DNA of 64,000 nt. Origin: Bacteroidota bacterium (GTDB lineage: Bacteria > Bacteroidota > Bacteroidia > Chitinophagales > Chitinophagaceae). Below the pieces are notes generated by a model, which saw only the letters and a list, made by a program, of their open reading frames with translations, did no database searches and was not told where the DNA came from. The stretch lies in NCBI GenBank assembly GCA_005884665.1, contig VBAT01000008.1, positions 39,105 to 103,104 on the forward strand. Reading direction: 5' to 3'. Both the position numbers and the translations under genes were made by a program. Of this stretch, positions 1-8,463 are shown piece after piece (position 1 is the first letter of the stretch; each line of letters opens with the position of its first letter).

Positions 1-1
1 A

Positions 2-160
2 CCGGCTTGTCCGGCTGCTCAGACCATACCGGTAGAAGTAGATCAGAAGGTGCGGCAGATCGAAGGAGTAAATGATGTGCATGTTGCAGTGACTTGGACG
101 CCGCCCTGGGACAAGAGCATGATGTCGGAAGCGGCGCAGTTGGAACTAGGAATGCTTTAA
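2..160 (+). CDS. SUF-type Fe-S assembly protein (DUF59/SufT-like), C-terminal fragment; 5' end lies outside the window
   Basis: Frame 2 reads PACPAAQTIPVEVDQKVRQIEGVNDVHVAVTWTPPWDKSMMSEAAQLELGML*. This is a typical DUF59 C-terminus (CP motif, TWxPPW, ELG end). Stop at 158-160. Confidence 0.7.
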   Translation, partial: PACPAAQTIPVEVDQKVRQIEGVNDVHVAVTWTPPWDKSMMSEAAQLELGML

Positions 161-243
161 AAAGAAACCTATAAGATTTCAGGGCGGATATCCCAACCTG
201 GATGAAACATAAAAAATCTTATAGGTTTAAAAAAATAAAAAAT

Positions 244-783
244 ATGGCACAGATAAATCTAAAAAGCCTGATGAATAACAATGCTCCCACTTATGATCCT
301 GAATTGGTTCAGCCTTTTCGGGATGAGCTGACAGCGGTCGGTTTCAAAGAATTGCTGACCCCGGCCGATGTGGACAATGCATTGAACAAGCAGGACGATA
401 AAGTGGTGTTGACAGTATTGAACTCCGTTTGCGGTTGTGCTGCCGGTAAAGCTCGTCCCGGCGTAATGGTGTCGATGCTGAATGGGCTGGTACCCGATGA
501 ATATGTTTCGATATTCGCTGGTATGGAGAAAGAGGCAGTGGAACATTTTCGCACAAAATACCTGGCAAGTGTTACCCCATCTTCTCCAAACATTGCGATT
601 TTTAAGAACGGGAAGCTGGTACACATTCTTCAACGCTACCAGGTCGAAGGTAAGTCAGCCTGGGATATAGCGGAAGAACTCACCACTGAGTATGACAGGG
701 TTTGTACCCGCAAAAACACAGAGGAAGAAAGAGGCAGTATTAAAAACTATGTTGAAAAAAAATACAACGTCACAATCGGCTAA
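244..783 (+). CDS. BrxA/BrxB-type bacilliredoxin (YphP/YqiW family, DUF1094) with a short C-terminal extension
   Basis: Carries the CGC redox motif in LNSVCGCAAGKARP and is colinear with B. subtilis YphP-like proteins (PELVQPFRDELTAVGFKELLT, SSPNIAIFKNGKLVH). The ORF track starts at 202, but codons 202-243 translate an A-rich leader (MKHKKSYRFKKIKN), so ATG 244 is preferred. Confidence 0.75.
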   Translation: MAQINLKSLMNNNAPTYDPELVQPFRDELTAVGFKELLTPADVDNALNKQDDKVVLTVLNSVCGCAAGKARPGVMVSMLNGLVPDEYVSIFAGMEKEAVEHFRTKYLASVTPSSPNIAIFKNGKLVHILQRYQVEGKSAWDIAEELTTEYDRVCTRKNTEEERGSIKNYVEKKYNVTIG

Positions 784-798
784 TCCAATATAAACGGT

Positions 799-1278
799 AT
801 GAAGATAACCTCACAGGAAGAATATGGTCTGCGAATATTGATCCGCATTGCCGCCTGTCGCAATGAAGGTGGGATGAGCATTCCGCAACTTAGCGAGGCG
901 GAAGGTATTACTCCTCATTATGTCGCCAAACTGACCCGCGTGCTTCGTATGGAGGGTTTTATCAATAGCACACCGGGAAACAGGGGTGGTTATATTCTCG
1001 CAAAACCCGCACAGGAGATTGTTATCCGCAATGTATTAAAAGCCCTCGGCGGCACTATGTTCAACAATGAGTTTTGCGGTACACATTCCGGGGCATTGAA
1101 CCTTTGTACCAACTCGGTAGATTGCTCTGCCCGCTCGCTTTGGAAAATGGTCCAGTTTACTGTCGACAATCTTTTGGATAAAATTACTCTCCACGAATTG
1201 GTGACCACAGAAAAGGAATCTACGAAAATCTTAAGCCAGATACTTGAGCAGGCTAATACTAATGCTGCTACCTCATGA
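799..1278 (+). CDS. Rrf2 family transcriptional regulator (IscR-like, Cys-rich)
   Basis: N-terminus MKITSQEEYGLRILIRIA, with winged-helix region SIPQLSEAEGITPHYVAKLTRVLRMEGFINS. The cluster CGTHSGALNLCTNSVDC is compatible with Fe-S ligation. Confidence 0.85.
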   Translation: MKITSQEEYGLRILIRIAACRNEGGMSIPQLSEAEGITPHYVAKLTRVLRMEGFINSTPGNRGGYILAKPAQEIVIRNVLKALGGTMFNNEFCGTHSGALNLCTNSVDCSARSLWKMVQFTVDNLLDKITLHELVTTEKESTKILSQILEQANTNAATS

Positions 1279-1424
1279 TAGCACGGTAGCAGGATGCTAG
1301 ATGTTTGATGCTGGATATCAGATTTCCATAGCTTCTTCTGTAGTTCCTAATGGAACGCGGATTGTGATAATGATTAAAATATCTTAAAATATCATCACAA
1401 TCATGATAATCAGCGTTCTCACTC

Positions 1425-4103
1425 TTATCTTAAAAATCTGTACGTGCATTTGATCAAAAATATACTCCTGCCCTGCTCATTGTTAAATGCATTGTCAAAA
1501 AGGCTGCTAAAGATCGGGGTATCCAGTTCATCGGCAACAGGTGGTGTATTTCCCTTTGACCATACCAGATAAAGTTCTGAACCTCGTTTGTATTCCCAGC
1601 GAATGACAAGATTTGAGCGAAACTGCACAAAATTGAAATCAGGTCTTGCAAAACTGTAGTCAGCGGCTCCATCGTGATTTTCATCCACTACATAAGCTGC
1701 GCTGTTGTTGTCATAGCTGATCTCGTTTGCAGAATAGGTATGAAAACGATCGTTGTACTCCTTTGCCATAGGACTGGATACATAGGCGAAATTGCCGTAC
1801 AAAGGCCTGGTGATATACGGCTGACCGTAGTACTGCAAAGTAAGATCGGGAGTGATATTGAAATTGATCCTGGCAACGAACCGGACAGTCCTTTGTTCTA
1901 CGGAAGCTACGATTGAACGGGTAGTATTGTTATAAAATATATTTTGAACAAACTGGTCCTGCCGGCGCCAGTTGTAAGAATAATTCCCGCTAAGACTTAC
2001 GCTAAGCGCATTCAGCGGCTGGAAGTTCACTAAAAGGCTAACGTTCCGATTCGTCACCGTATTTTCAAATCCGTAGAAACCACCAAGGTTGAGATTCACG
2101 TAAGCTTTTTTGCGGGTGTCACTTGTTACATAGATATTAGGCCCTACACCGATAGGTCTGCGCATGGCCGATGCTCCTCTTAATGCATTATTGGATATTT
2201 CAAACGGGTTGTAAGTAAAGCCGAAACCTGTTTGCCAGTTATTTTTAAATGTACCATGCATATTGGTATTCAACAGGTCGAAAAGAAAGCGACCGCTGCA
2301 ATCCCATTTTGCCCAATGGTTCAGGTTGATCCTCGCAGTACGGAAAACTGAGAATGGTTTTTGAAAATGCCATCCTGCCCAGGTAAACTGGTTGATCTCG
2401 TTGGCTGTTTGCATAAAACCGATATCGTTTAATTCCAGTTCCGGTGAACGGTAGGTAATACCTGTTTCAAATTTGAATACCTGTCCATGCTTTCCGGATC
2501 TGCCGCCTGATTTGCCAAAACGGATAGTTCCTGAGGTTCCCGTCAATGAGGTCCTTGCAGGATCTACCGAGACTTCTTTTGCATCGGGTCGCTGGAACAG
2601 ATGTTCAAATGCAGTTTGTGTGTTCAGGATCGCCTCTTTAGTCCCATTTACATGGCTGAATATTACATTGCCGCGAACATACCAGGTGCGATTTTTCCAG
2701 AGATGGATAAAATCAAGGCCCCCGGAGTAGGCATTGCGGTGAAGGATATCGTCCAGTCCTTTTGCCCTGTTCACACCGGTAAATATGCCTCCAACAATGG
2801 TATTGCCTTTATCAAAGTCCTGCTGCAGGCGGGTTGCCATAAAATTCGTGAACGGTTCCACCAACTCTTTTCTTTTTTGACCCTGGTAATCGATGGTTGC
2901 CATCTCGCGTTCGGTAACGCTTTCCAGTATTCCAATGCTTAATCCTTTTTTTGTTTTACCGCTGAACTTGGCTGCACCCAGTATTGAGGTGTTTTGCGGG
3001 TAGTCGACATATTCACCAGCCAAAGTATTGGGATAACCATGTGGTGCGCCTCCAATTCGACGAGAATAGAATAGCAGGTCGGCGTCATAGTCACCGCCCA
3101 GCTCAGAACCGGTAAGCTGGTAATCAAAAATATTACGGCTTTCAATGAAGAAAGGTCTTTGTTCGGGAAAGAAATTTTGGAACCCGTCTATTCGCACCTG
3201 CGATGGATCGGCTTCGACCTGTCCGAAATCGGGATTGACGGTAAAATCGAGAATAAGATCATTAGTAACTGCAAATTTACCATCGACGCCTGCGGAAAGT
3301 TTTTTATCAAAACCCGTAGCGAATGGATTACCCGGCTCTTTTTTATAGACGTCTGCCTGTGCCGTCACATAAGGTGCGATCTCCACCTGTTTGTGCATAG
3401 GAATATCTTTCAATCCATGCAATTCGCCAAAACGGCTGACCCATCCGCCTGAATTCTGCGGAATGTATTGCCAGAAAGATCTTTCTTCTTTCCTGAACAG
3501 GCGGCGTGTCACCTGGAACCCCCATACTTTTTCCTTTTCATTGCCGTAACGTAACTGGCTAAGAGGGATCTTTACTTCTGCGGTCCAGCCATTACTGTTG
3601 ATATGAGTTTTTGAATACCAGATAGGATTCCAGCTCGCATCCCAGTTATTACCATCGTTGGATACAAATTCATCACCACGAACACCGGACACCGATAGTG
3701 TAAATGAAAATGCGGTGCGCAGATCATGATAGCTGTCGATGTTTATTTCTATCCAGTCACCGGGAAACTGGTCTCTGCGACTCATACGTTTTACAATGGA
3801 ATCCGGGGAGGCATCCTGGCATTTGTATGCGATATAAAGAAATTTATCGTCGTATAGAATTTTAAAATTGCTTGGATAAGAAGGCTCCTTTCCCTCGTTT
3901 GGCTGCCATTGTATAAAATCACCTCCCCATTCCACGAGGTTCCAGGCTTCTTCGTTGGGTATACCATCCAGCGTAATGGTGCCGTGCAGTCGGTTGGTAA
4001 AATATTTTTTACGGGTAATGGTAGAATCGGAGGGTGTATCATCGGCAAAAGCGAAAAGAAAAACGAAGTTGGAAAGAATAAAAAATAAGCAGGGTTTTCT
4101 CAT
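1425..4103 (-). CDS. CBM9-like / DUF5916 domain-containing secreted protein
   Basis: 892-aa ORF with a signal peptide. The N-terminal region (ITLDGIPNEEAWNLVEWGGDFIQWQPNEG...GWTAEVKIPLSQLRY) resembles carbohydrate-binding family 9. The long beta-rich C-terminal part is typical of Bacteroidota DUF5916 proteins. Confidence 0.65.
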   Translation of the reverse strand: MRKPCLFFILSNFVFLFAFADDTPSDSTITRKKYFTNRLHGTITLDGIPNEEAWNLVEWGGDFIQWQPNEGKEPSYPSNFKILYDDKFLYIAYKCQDASPDSIVKRMSRRDQFPGDWIEINIDSYHDLRTAFSFTLSVSGVRGDEFVSNDGNNWDASWNPIWYSKTHINSNGWTAEVKIPLSQLRYGNEKEKVWGFQVTRRLFRKEERSFWQYIPQNSGGWVSRFGELHGLKDIPMHKQVEIAPYVTAQADVYKKEPGNPFATGFDKKLSAGVDGKFAVTNDLILDFTVNPDFGQVEADPSQVRIDGFQNFFPEQRPFFIESRNIFDYQLTGSELGGDYDADLLFYSRRIGGAPHGYPNTLAGEYVDYPQNTSILGAAKFSGKTKKGLSIGILESVTEREMATIDYQGQKRKELVEPFTNFMATRLQQDFDKGNTIVGGIFTGVNRAKGLDDILHRNAYSGGLDFIHLWKNRTWYVRGNVIFSHVNGTKEAILNTQTAFEHLFQRPDAKEVSVDPARTSLTGTSGTIRFGKSGGRSGKHGQVFKFETGITYRSPELELNDIGFMQTANEINQFTWAGWHFQKPFSVFRTARINLNHWAKWDCSGRFLFDLLNTNMHGTFKNNWQTGFGFTYNPFEISNNALRGASAMRRPIGVGPNIYVTSDTRKKAYVNLNLGGFYGFENTVTNRNVSLLVNFQPLNALSVSLSGNYSYNWRRQDQFVQNIFYNNTTRSIVASVEQRTVRFVARINFNITPDLTLQYYGQPYITRPLYGNFAYVSSPMAKEYNDRFHTYSANEISYDNNSAAYVVDENHDGAADYSFARPDFNFVQFRSNLVIRWEYKRGSELYLVWSKGNTPPVADELDTPIFSSLFDNAFNNEQGRSIFLIKCTYRFLR

Positions 4104-4192
4104 GAGGCAATAATACAGGCTGTTTTAAAAAAAGTAACCGTAAAATATAACAACGGCAATTTTCCGGAGATATGCGGCTTGACAGCTCTTAT

Positions 4193-4232
4193 TAAAAAAA
4201 TTTGCCTGCTGTTAACAAATCAACAGCAGGCA
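4193..4232 (-). terminator. Rho-independent terminator downstream of the DUF2911 gene
   Basis: Inverted repeat TTGCCTGCTGTT / AACAGCAGGCAG (4202-4232). On the minus strand it is followed by a T-run (A-run 4193-4200 on +). Confidence 0.7.
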
Positions 4233-4280
4233 GAAAAAAATAAGAAATGAACTTTATAAAAAAAGAACATAAAGCAGAAC

Positions 4281-4814
4281 TTATTTCACCTCAACAGGAA
4301 CCTTAAGGTTTTCCCAGTACAAAGCAATACCGCCCTTGTCCACCATATAGGTTAAACGTTCGTTGAATTCCGACGACTTTACGGGCTTCACTTTTACCCT
4401 TAGTACATCTTTTGCCGGGTCTTCCGTTGTCGTTCCGTCGCGATTGATGCCCCATTGACCGGTAGCCGAATTTAAGATGATGGTCCATTCTTTTTCTCCC
4501 GGGATCGCATACAGGCTGTATTTTCCTGCCGGTATTTTTTTACCTTCTATTTTGACTTCTTTGTCAAATGTGATCAGAGTGGCTTCATTGGCCCCGGCTC
4601 TCCATACCTGGTCGTAAGGCACCAACTCTCCCCAGATCTTTCTTCCTTTAACAGCGGGACTGCTATAATTAATGGTGACGGAAGCACCATCTTTTGTTTT
4701 ACCGGAGGCAGTTGCTGCGGGACTTGGCCTTGTATTCTGGGCAGTTATTGTCGACGATATCGTTATACCTATGAGGGCAAGAACAAATCCCTTTGTCGTT
4801 AATAGTTTTTTCAT
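4281..4814 (-). CDS. DUF2911 domain-containing protein (secreted)
   Basis: Signal peptide MKKLLTTKGFVLALIGITISSTITAQ. The stretch INYSSPAVKGRKIWGELVPYDQVWRAGANEATLITFDKEVKIEGKKIPAGKYSLYAIP matches the DUF2911 pattern. Confidence 0.75.
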   Translation of the reverse strand: MKKLLTTKGFVLALIGITISSTITAQNTRPSPAATASGKTKDGASVTINYSSPAVKGRKIWGELVPYDQVWRAGANEATLITFDKEVKIEGKKIPAGKYSLYAIPGEKEWTIILNSATGQWGINRDGTTTEDPAKDVLRVKVKPVKSSEFNERLTYMVDKGGIALYWENLKVPVEVK

Positions 4815-5011
4815 TTCATGAAGATTTAAAGATTAAAGAAGTCTTTTGGGACACTAAAATTAGGGATTTCCCCGCCCTGGTGACCCGGGTAAACAGGATG
4901 AACCGCAAAAAACAAGGGGTATAAGGCAGGAAAATTATGCACAGGGTCTAAAAAAGGGAATTCCGGGAGCTGAACTGTGGCAGTAAGGATAGATTGGTGA
5001 TCGATGAGAGC

Positions 5012-5881
5012 CTAGCCGTTTGAAGTTTCGCCCCAGTCCGGCCCGTAATCATCCCGCATAAATGAAATATTGGGTGATTGCTCCGGTTCTATATCTATTA
5101 CTTTTCCCTGGTTCACGGGGATCTGCCATTGCATCCGGTTACAGATCTCCAGCCACAGATTATTGTAGTAGATAATTGCCTTGCACTCCTTTGCCTGGTG
5201 AAAAATGGATTCCTTGGTCAGGGTGATTAATTCGATATCGGAATAAAAAGGTATGTAGTTATGGAGCATCCAGGATGCATGTTTGCGGTTATCGAGATAT
5301 TGTTTGTGAAGGACCTTATGCACCTGTACCATGTTATAAAAACTAAGTGTTTTCTTTGACAGGGCAGCATCCTCCTGCAATGAATCCATCAGCATGTTGT
5401 TACAATAAATAGAAAGCGGCGCCGGCAGGTTAGGGATCAACAGCAGGTCAGCTGCATTGAAAATATTCTCATGGACCATGAACCGGCCGGGGGAACAATC
5501 CACGATGCAGACATCATAATCCTGCTCTACTTCGGCCAGCGTGATCTTTATTAATTCATTATTCCCGAAGTTCAGGGTTGTCATCTTTGAAGCGTGTGTC
5601 ATGAAGTGATCGGAAAACAAAGGGTCGTTGCTGATAACATCTATCTGGTAACTGGCGGTTGAATGGATAACGTCGTAAATGGTAATATACCTGTCGAATA
5701 ACCGGCTATGTGTATTGGAATTGTGATTTTGCCGGTTGAAAAAGAAACTGCTGCCTCCTTGCGGATCCAGGTCCCAGAGCAAAACGCTAAGGCCGCTTTT
5801 AGCCAGGAAACAGGCCAGGTTAACGGAAGTGGTGGTCTTTCCTACGCCACCCTTGATATTATATACAGCGATCTTTTTCAG
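5012..5881 (-). CDS. ParA/Soj-family P-loop ATPase (orphan); start codon non-canonical or gene damaged
   Basis: The track ORF starts at ATG 5782 (MLWDLDPQGG). The same frame stays open up to the TAG at 5891-5893 and encodes FQFLKKIAVYNIKGGVGKTTTSVNLACFLAKSGLSV. This is the deviant Walker A box, which every ParA needs. There is no ATG/GTG/TTG in that stretch, so CTG at 5879-5881 is taken as a provisional start. Confidence 0.6.
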   Translation of the reverse strand: MKKIAVYNIKGGVGKTTTSVNLACFLAKSGLSVLLWDLDPQGGSSFFFNRQNHNSNTHSRLFDRYITIYDVIHSTASYQIDVISNDPLFSDHFMTHASKMTTLNFGNNELIKITLAEVEQDYDVCIVDCSPGRFMVHENIFNAADLLLIPNLPAPLSIYCNNMLMDSLQEDAALSKKTLSFYNMVQVHKVLHKQYLDNRKHASWMLHNYIPFYSDIELITLTKESIFHQAKECKAIIYYNNLWLEICNRMQWQIPVNQGKVIDIEPEQSPNISFMRDDYGPDWGETSNG

Positions 5882-6014
5882 AAATTGAAACTAGTCACCA
5901 AACTCCGCCTCTAATAACATTTGCAGGAATTCCATCCCGGTTCTGCAGGTAGTCCGGTAGGGGGACAGGTAAAAAGCCCCGTTGTTATCGGAAGGATGCG
6001 TGAAAGAAGGGAAA

Positions 6015-6110
6015 GAGCGAGAAAACAGAGCGAGAGCGATGATTCCTACATTTCGGTTTCCCTCCGCTCCCGCCTGCCTGCCGGTAGGCAGGCTCTGTTT
6101 CTCGCTCTCC
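6015..6110. repeat. Inverted-repeat element of the GAGCGAGAAACAGAGC family, with an internal CCTGCC..GGCAGG palindrome
   Basis: The left arm gagcgagaaaacagagcgagagcg (6015-6038) pairs with gctctgtttctcgctctcc (6092-6110). The inner palindrome is gcctgcctgccggtaggcaggc (~6072-6093). Related copies lie at 7754-7912, 42885-42905 and 49623-49660. Confidence 0.7.
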
Positions 6111-6146
6111 TTTGGCGGAATGTTGAATGATCGGGTGTCTTATTCA

Positions 6147-6968
6147 ATGTCAACCAAATATTTACAAGTTTTGGTAAAGAAATTCTCCGCCCTACTATCT
6201 TATATTGTAACGGCAATAATTTTTTGTGGGAAAATAGCAGCGCAGCAAAGCGCTGAAGAAGTTGCCAAAAAGCTTGCTAATCCTGTAGCAGGCATGATCA
6301 GTGTGCCATTTCAGAATAATACAGATTACGGAATTGGTGATGCGAAGGGCACTCGTAATACGATGAACCTTCAGCCTGTTGTTCCTATCAAGCTATCAAA
6401 AAAGCTGAATGTTATTACCCGGTACATAATACCAATTGTTACCCAATACCACATATCATCAACGGATGACAAACAGAATGGCTTGGGAGATGCTGTTATA
6501 AGCGCTTTTTTTTCTCCATCAAACAGTAAATTTATCTGGGGCGTTGGTCCGGTATTCCTTGTGCCCATTGCTACCGATGATCTCCTTGGAACAAAAAAGT
6601 TTGGTATTGGGCCGACAGCAGTTGCTCTCAAACAAACCGGACCTTGGACATTTGGAATGTTATTTAATCAAATCTGGTCAATTGCCGGCGATGATACAAG
6701 GTCAGATGTAAATCAACTTTTTCTTCAGCCTTTTATTACTCACAATTGGAAAAGTGGGGCAGGTGTTGGACTTTCGGCGGAGATCACGCAAAACTGGGAG
6801 ACCGGCACAACGGTAGCTTATATTATTCCAACTGCGTCCGGCGTAACTAAACTCGGCAAACAAACAATCAGCCTTGCAATAGGGCCACGATTCTCTTTGG
6901 CGCCGAATGATTTGCAGGCGGATTGGGGCTGGCGCGCAGCCGTGACATTTGTTTTTCCTAAAAACTGA
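6147..6968 (+). CDS. Putative outer-membrane beta-barrel transporter (MetA-pathway/phenol-degradation-like family)
   Basis: Signal-like N-terminus from ATG 6147 (MSTKYLQVLVKKFSALLSYIVTAIIFCGKIAAQQ), followed by AKKLANPVAGMISVPFQNNTDYGIG. Alternating beta-strand pattern, ending in VTFVFPKN. The track's 5982 start runs through the repeat element and is rejected. Confidence 0.5.
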   Translation: MSTKYLQVLVKKFSALLSYIVTAIIFCGKIAAQQSAEEVAKKLANPVAGMISVPFQNNTDYGIGDAKGTRNTMNLQPVVPIKLSKKLNVITRYIIPIVTQYHISSTDDKQNGLGDAVISAFFSPSNSKFIWGVGPVFLVPIATDDLLGTKKFGIGPTAVALKQTGPWTFGMLFNQIWSIAGDDTRSDVNQLFLQPFITHNWKSGAGVGLSAEITQNWETGTTVAYIIPTASGVTKLGKQTISLAIGPRFSLAPNDLQADWGWRAAVTFVFPKN

Positions 6969-7259
6969 AAAGACATTGCTACTTACTCCGCACTTTCTTT
7001 ATCTCACTTGCTGAGATCTTTAATCATAGTGAACAGCATTCTGGAGATTTAGTCACATAAGGACGTCATTTCCTCCTTAAGCTCAATAATATCAATGACG
7101 ATATTTAAATAATAGTTCGTCCTGATTTTTTCCTGATTCGTCCTGTATGATCATTTACTATCGAAATAGAGAAATACTTTGAGTAATAAATACCAAAACT
7201 TAACTTATGAGTAAAAGAATGAGCGAAGAAGCCAATGATTTAACTCAAACGGATAAATC

Positions 7260-7721
7260 ATGAGGGCTAAAATAATTTTAAGAGCAGCGGCCATCATCAT
7301 CTTTCTTCATGGTATAGGACATACAATGGCAGTATTAACATGGAAAGATGATCCCGATCCGAAAAAAATGGAAGTGGTCAGACAAATGACAGAGAACAAA
7401 TTTCCATTTATGGGAACTTCAAGAAGCATGGGAGAATATTTCGAGGGATTCGGCATTCAGGGTACCTTGTCTTTACTGCTAATCACACTGATCTTGTGGT
7501 ACGTTTCAGATGTAAGGGAGAGCAATAAAAATTTAAACAAGAAAATTATTCTTACTGTTTCCCTAATTTTATTAGTGTGGGGAATCATCGAATTGATCTA
7601 CTTTTTTCCTTTTGCTGCATCTTTTAGTTTGATCTCAAGCTTACTCGGTTTTTATTCACTTGCGTTATTGAATAAACCGGGTAATGTAAGAGGAAAAGAT
7701 AAACAACCCTCCAGGAACTGA
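7260..7721 (+). CDS. Hypothetical integral membrane protein
   Basis: 153-aa ORF with about 4 hydrophobic segments (IILRAAAIIIFLHGIGHTMAVL, LSLLLITLILWYV, ILTVSLILLVWGIIELIYFFPF...). No family recognised with confidence. Confidence 0.55.
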   Translation: MRAKIILRAAAIIIFLHGIGHTMAVLTWKDDPDPKKMEVVRQMTENKFPFMGTSRSMGEYFEGFGIQGTLSLLLITLILWYVSDVRESNKNLNKKIILTVSLILLVWGIIELIYFFPFAASFSLISSLLGFYSLALLNKPGNVRGKDKQPSRN

Positions 7722-7753
7722 AATCATTTGGCAAGAGAAAAAGCCCAGGTTCA

Positions 7754-7912
7754 GAGTGAGAAACAGAGCGGGAGCGAGGAGAAAGAAAACATAGGAAGCA
7801 CCGCGGTTCGTACTGTTTCTCCGCTCTTTTCTTTGACCGGGAGCGAGAAACAGTGCGGGAGCGAGGAAAAAAAAGGGAAACATCAACGCGCTTCGCTCTG
7901 TTTCCCCGCTCT
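7754..7912. repeat. Two consecutive inverted-repeat units of the GAGCGAGAAACAGAGC family
   Basis: gagtgagaaacagagcgggagcgagg (7754-7779) pairs with ctgtttctccgctc (7813-7826). gagcgagaaacagtgcgggagcgagg (~7840-7867) pairs with gctctgtttccccgctc (7896-7912). Confidence 0.7.
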
Positions 7913-7918
7913 TTTTTT

Positions 7919-7960
7919 TGTGCCCGGGACTGGATTACTGCATGATCCAGGTACTCCCAC
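7919..7960 (-). repeat. Degenerate duplicate of the 3' part (T-arm plus acceptor strand) of tRNA-Leu
   Basis: ttgtgcccgggactggatt at 7919-7937 is identical to 8084-8102, the 3' end of the tRNA-Leu gene. On the minus strand it continues as CTGGA-tcatgcagtaa-TCCAGTCCCGGGCA, a decayed T-arm. Confidence 0.65.
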
Positions 7961-8051
7961 GAGGGGCTTAGTCAAAGACCTTGCCCCGCTATCGCGGGCC
8001 TGGGGTTTTTTATTTGTCCGCGTCCACGAGCAAGCTCGCGCCGCTCCCGAA

Positions 8052-8079
8052 TAAAAAACCCCGACACTTTGTGTCAGGG
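8052..8079 (-). terminator. Rho-independent terminator of tRNA-Leu
   Basis: The minus strand reads CCCTGACAC-aaa-GTGTCGGGG followed by TTTTTT, immediately 3' of the tRNA. Confidence 0.8.
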
Positions 8080-8085
8080 TCTTTG

Positions 8086-8169
8086 TGCCCGGGACTGGAT
8101 TCGAACCAGCACAACCTTTCGGATGCTGCCACCTGAAGACAGTGCGTCTACCAATTTCGCCACCCGGGC
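8086..8169 (-). tRNA. tRNA-Leu (anticodon CAG), class II with long variable arm
   Basis: The minus strand reads GCCCGGGTGGCGAAATTGGTAGACGCACTGTCTTCAGGTGGCAGCATCCGAAAGGTTGTGCTGGTTCGAATCCAGTCCCGGGCA. It has a 7-bp acceptor stem, anticodon loop TTCAGGT, T-loop TTCGAAT and discriminator A. CCA is not encoded. Confidence 0.93.
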
Positions 8170-8463
8170 TTTTTGAGTCGTTAGTCGTTAGTACTGAGTC
8201 TATAGTCTGGTTTGTCTTTGGCCGCTAGATACTAAACTATTGACTCTTGACTCGAGAGTATGGACTTCCTCAAACGGCTGGCAAAGATAAGGGAACGAAT
8301 TATTTTTTCATGCCCCAGTTATGTGTCTCTGCAACATAAAATTCAGCCAACAAATAAATATTCACATAAGGGTTTAATCTGTAAAAATACTAACGGGTGT
8401 TAGCGAAAATATTTTATATTCGGCGGCAATAATTTTTACCACGTTAAAACCAACTTCAAAACT

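Noticed and set aside
5921-6146. ORF 5921-6130 and the long N-terminal extension (5982-6146) of the outer-membrane protein ORF
   Set aside because: Both read through the inverted-repeat element. A proper signal-peptide start exists at ATG 6147.
7207-7263. 18-codon upstream ORF (MSKRMSEEANDLTQTDKS) overlapping the 7260 start in an ATGA
   Set aside because: Too short to evaluate. There is no conservation evidence available and it could be chance.
7728-8054. 108-aa ORF (and the 7665-7886 antisense ORF) between the membrane protein and tRNA-Leu
   Set aside because: It lies entirely within the GAGCGAGAAACAGAGC inverted-repeat units and the tRNA-Leu duplicate. The repetitive SEKQSGSEEK composition is a repeat artefact.
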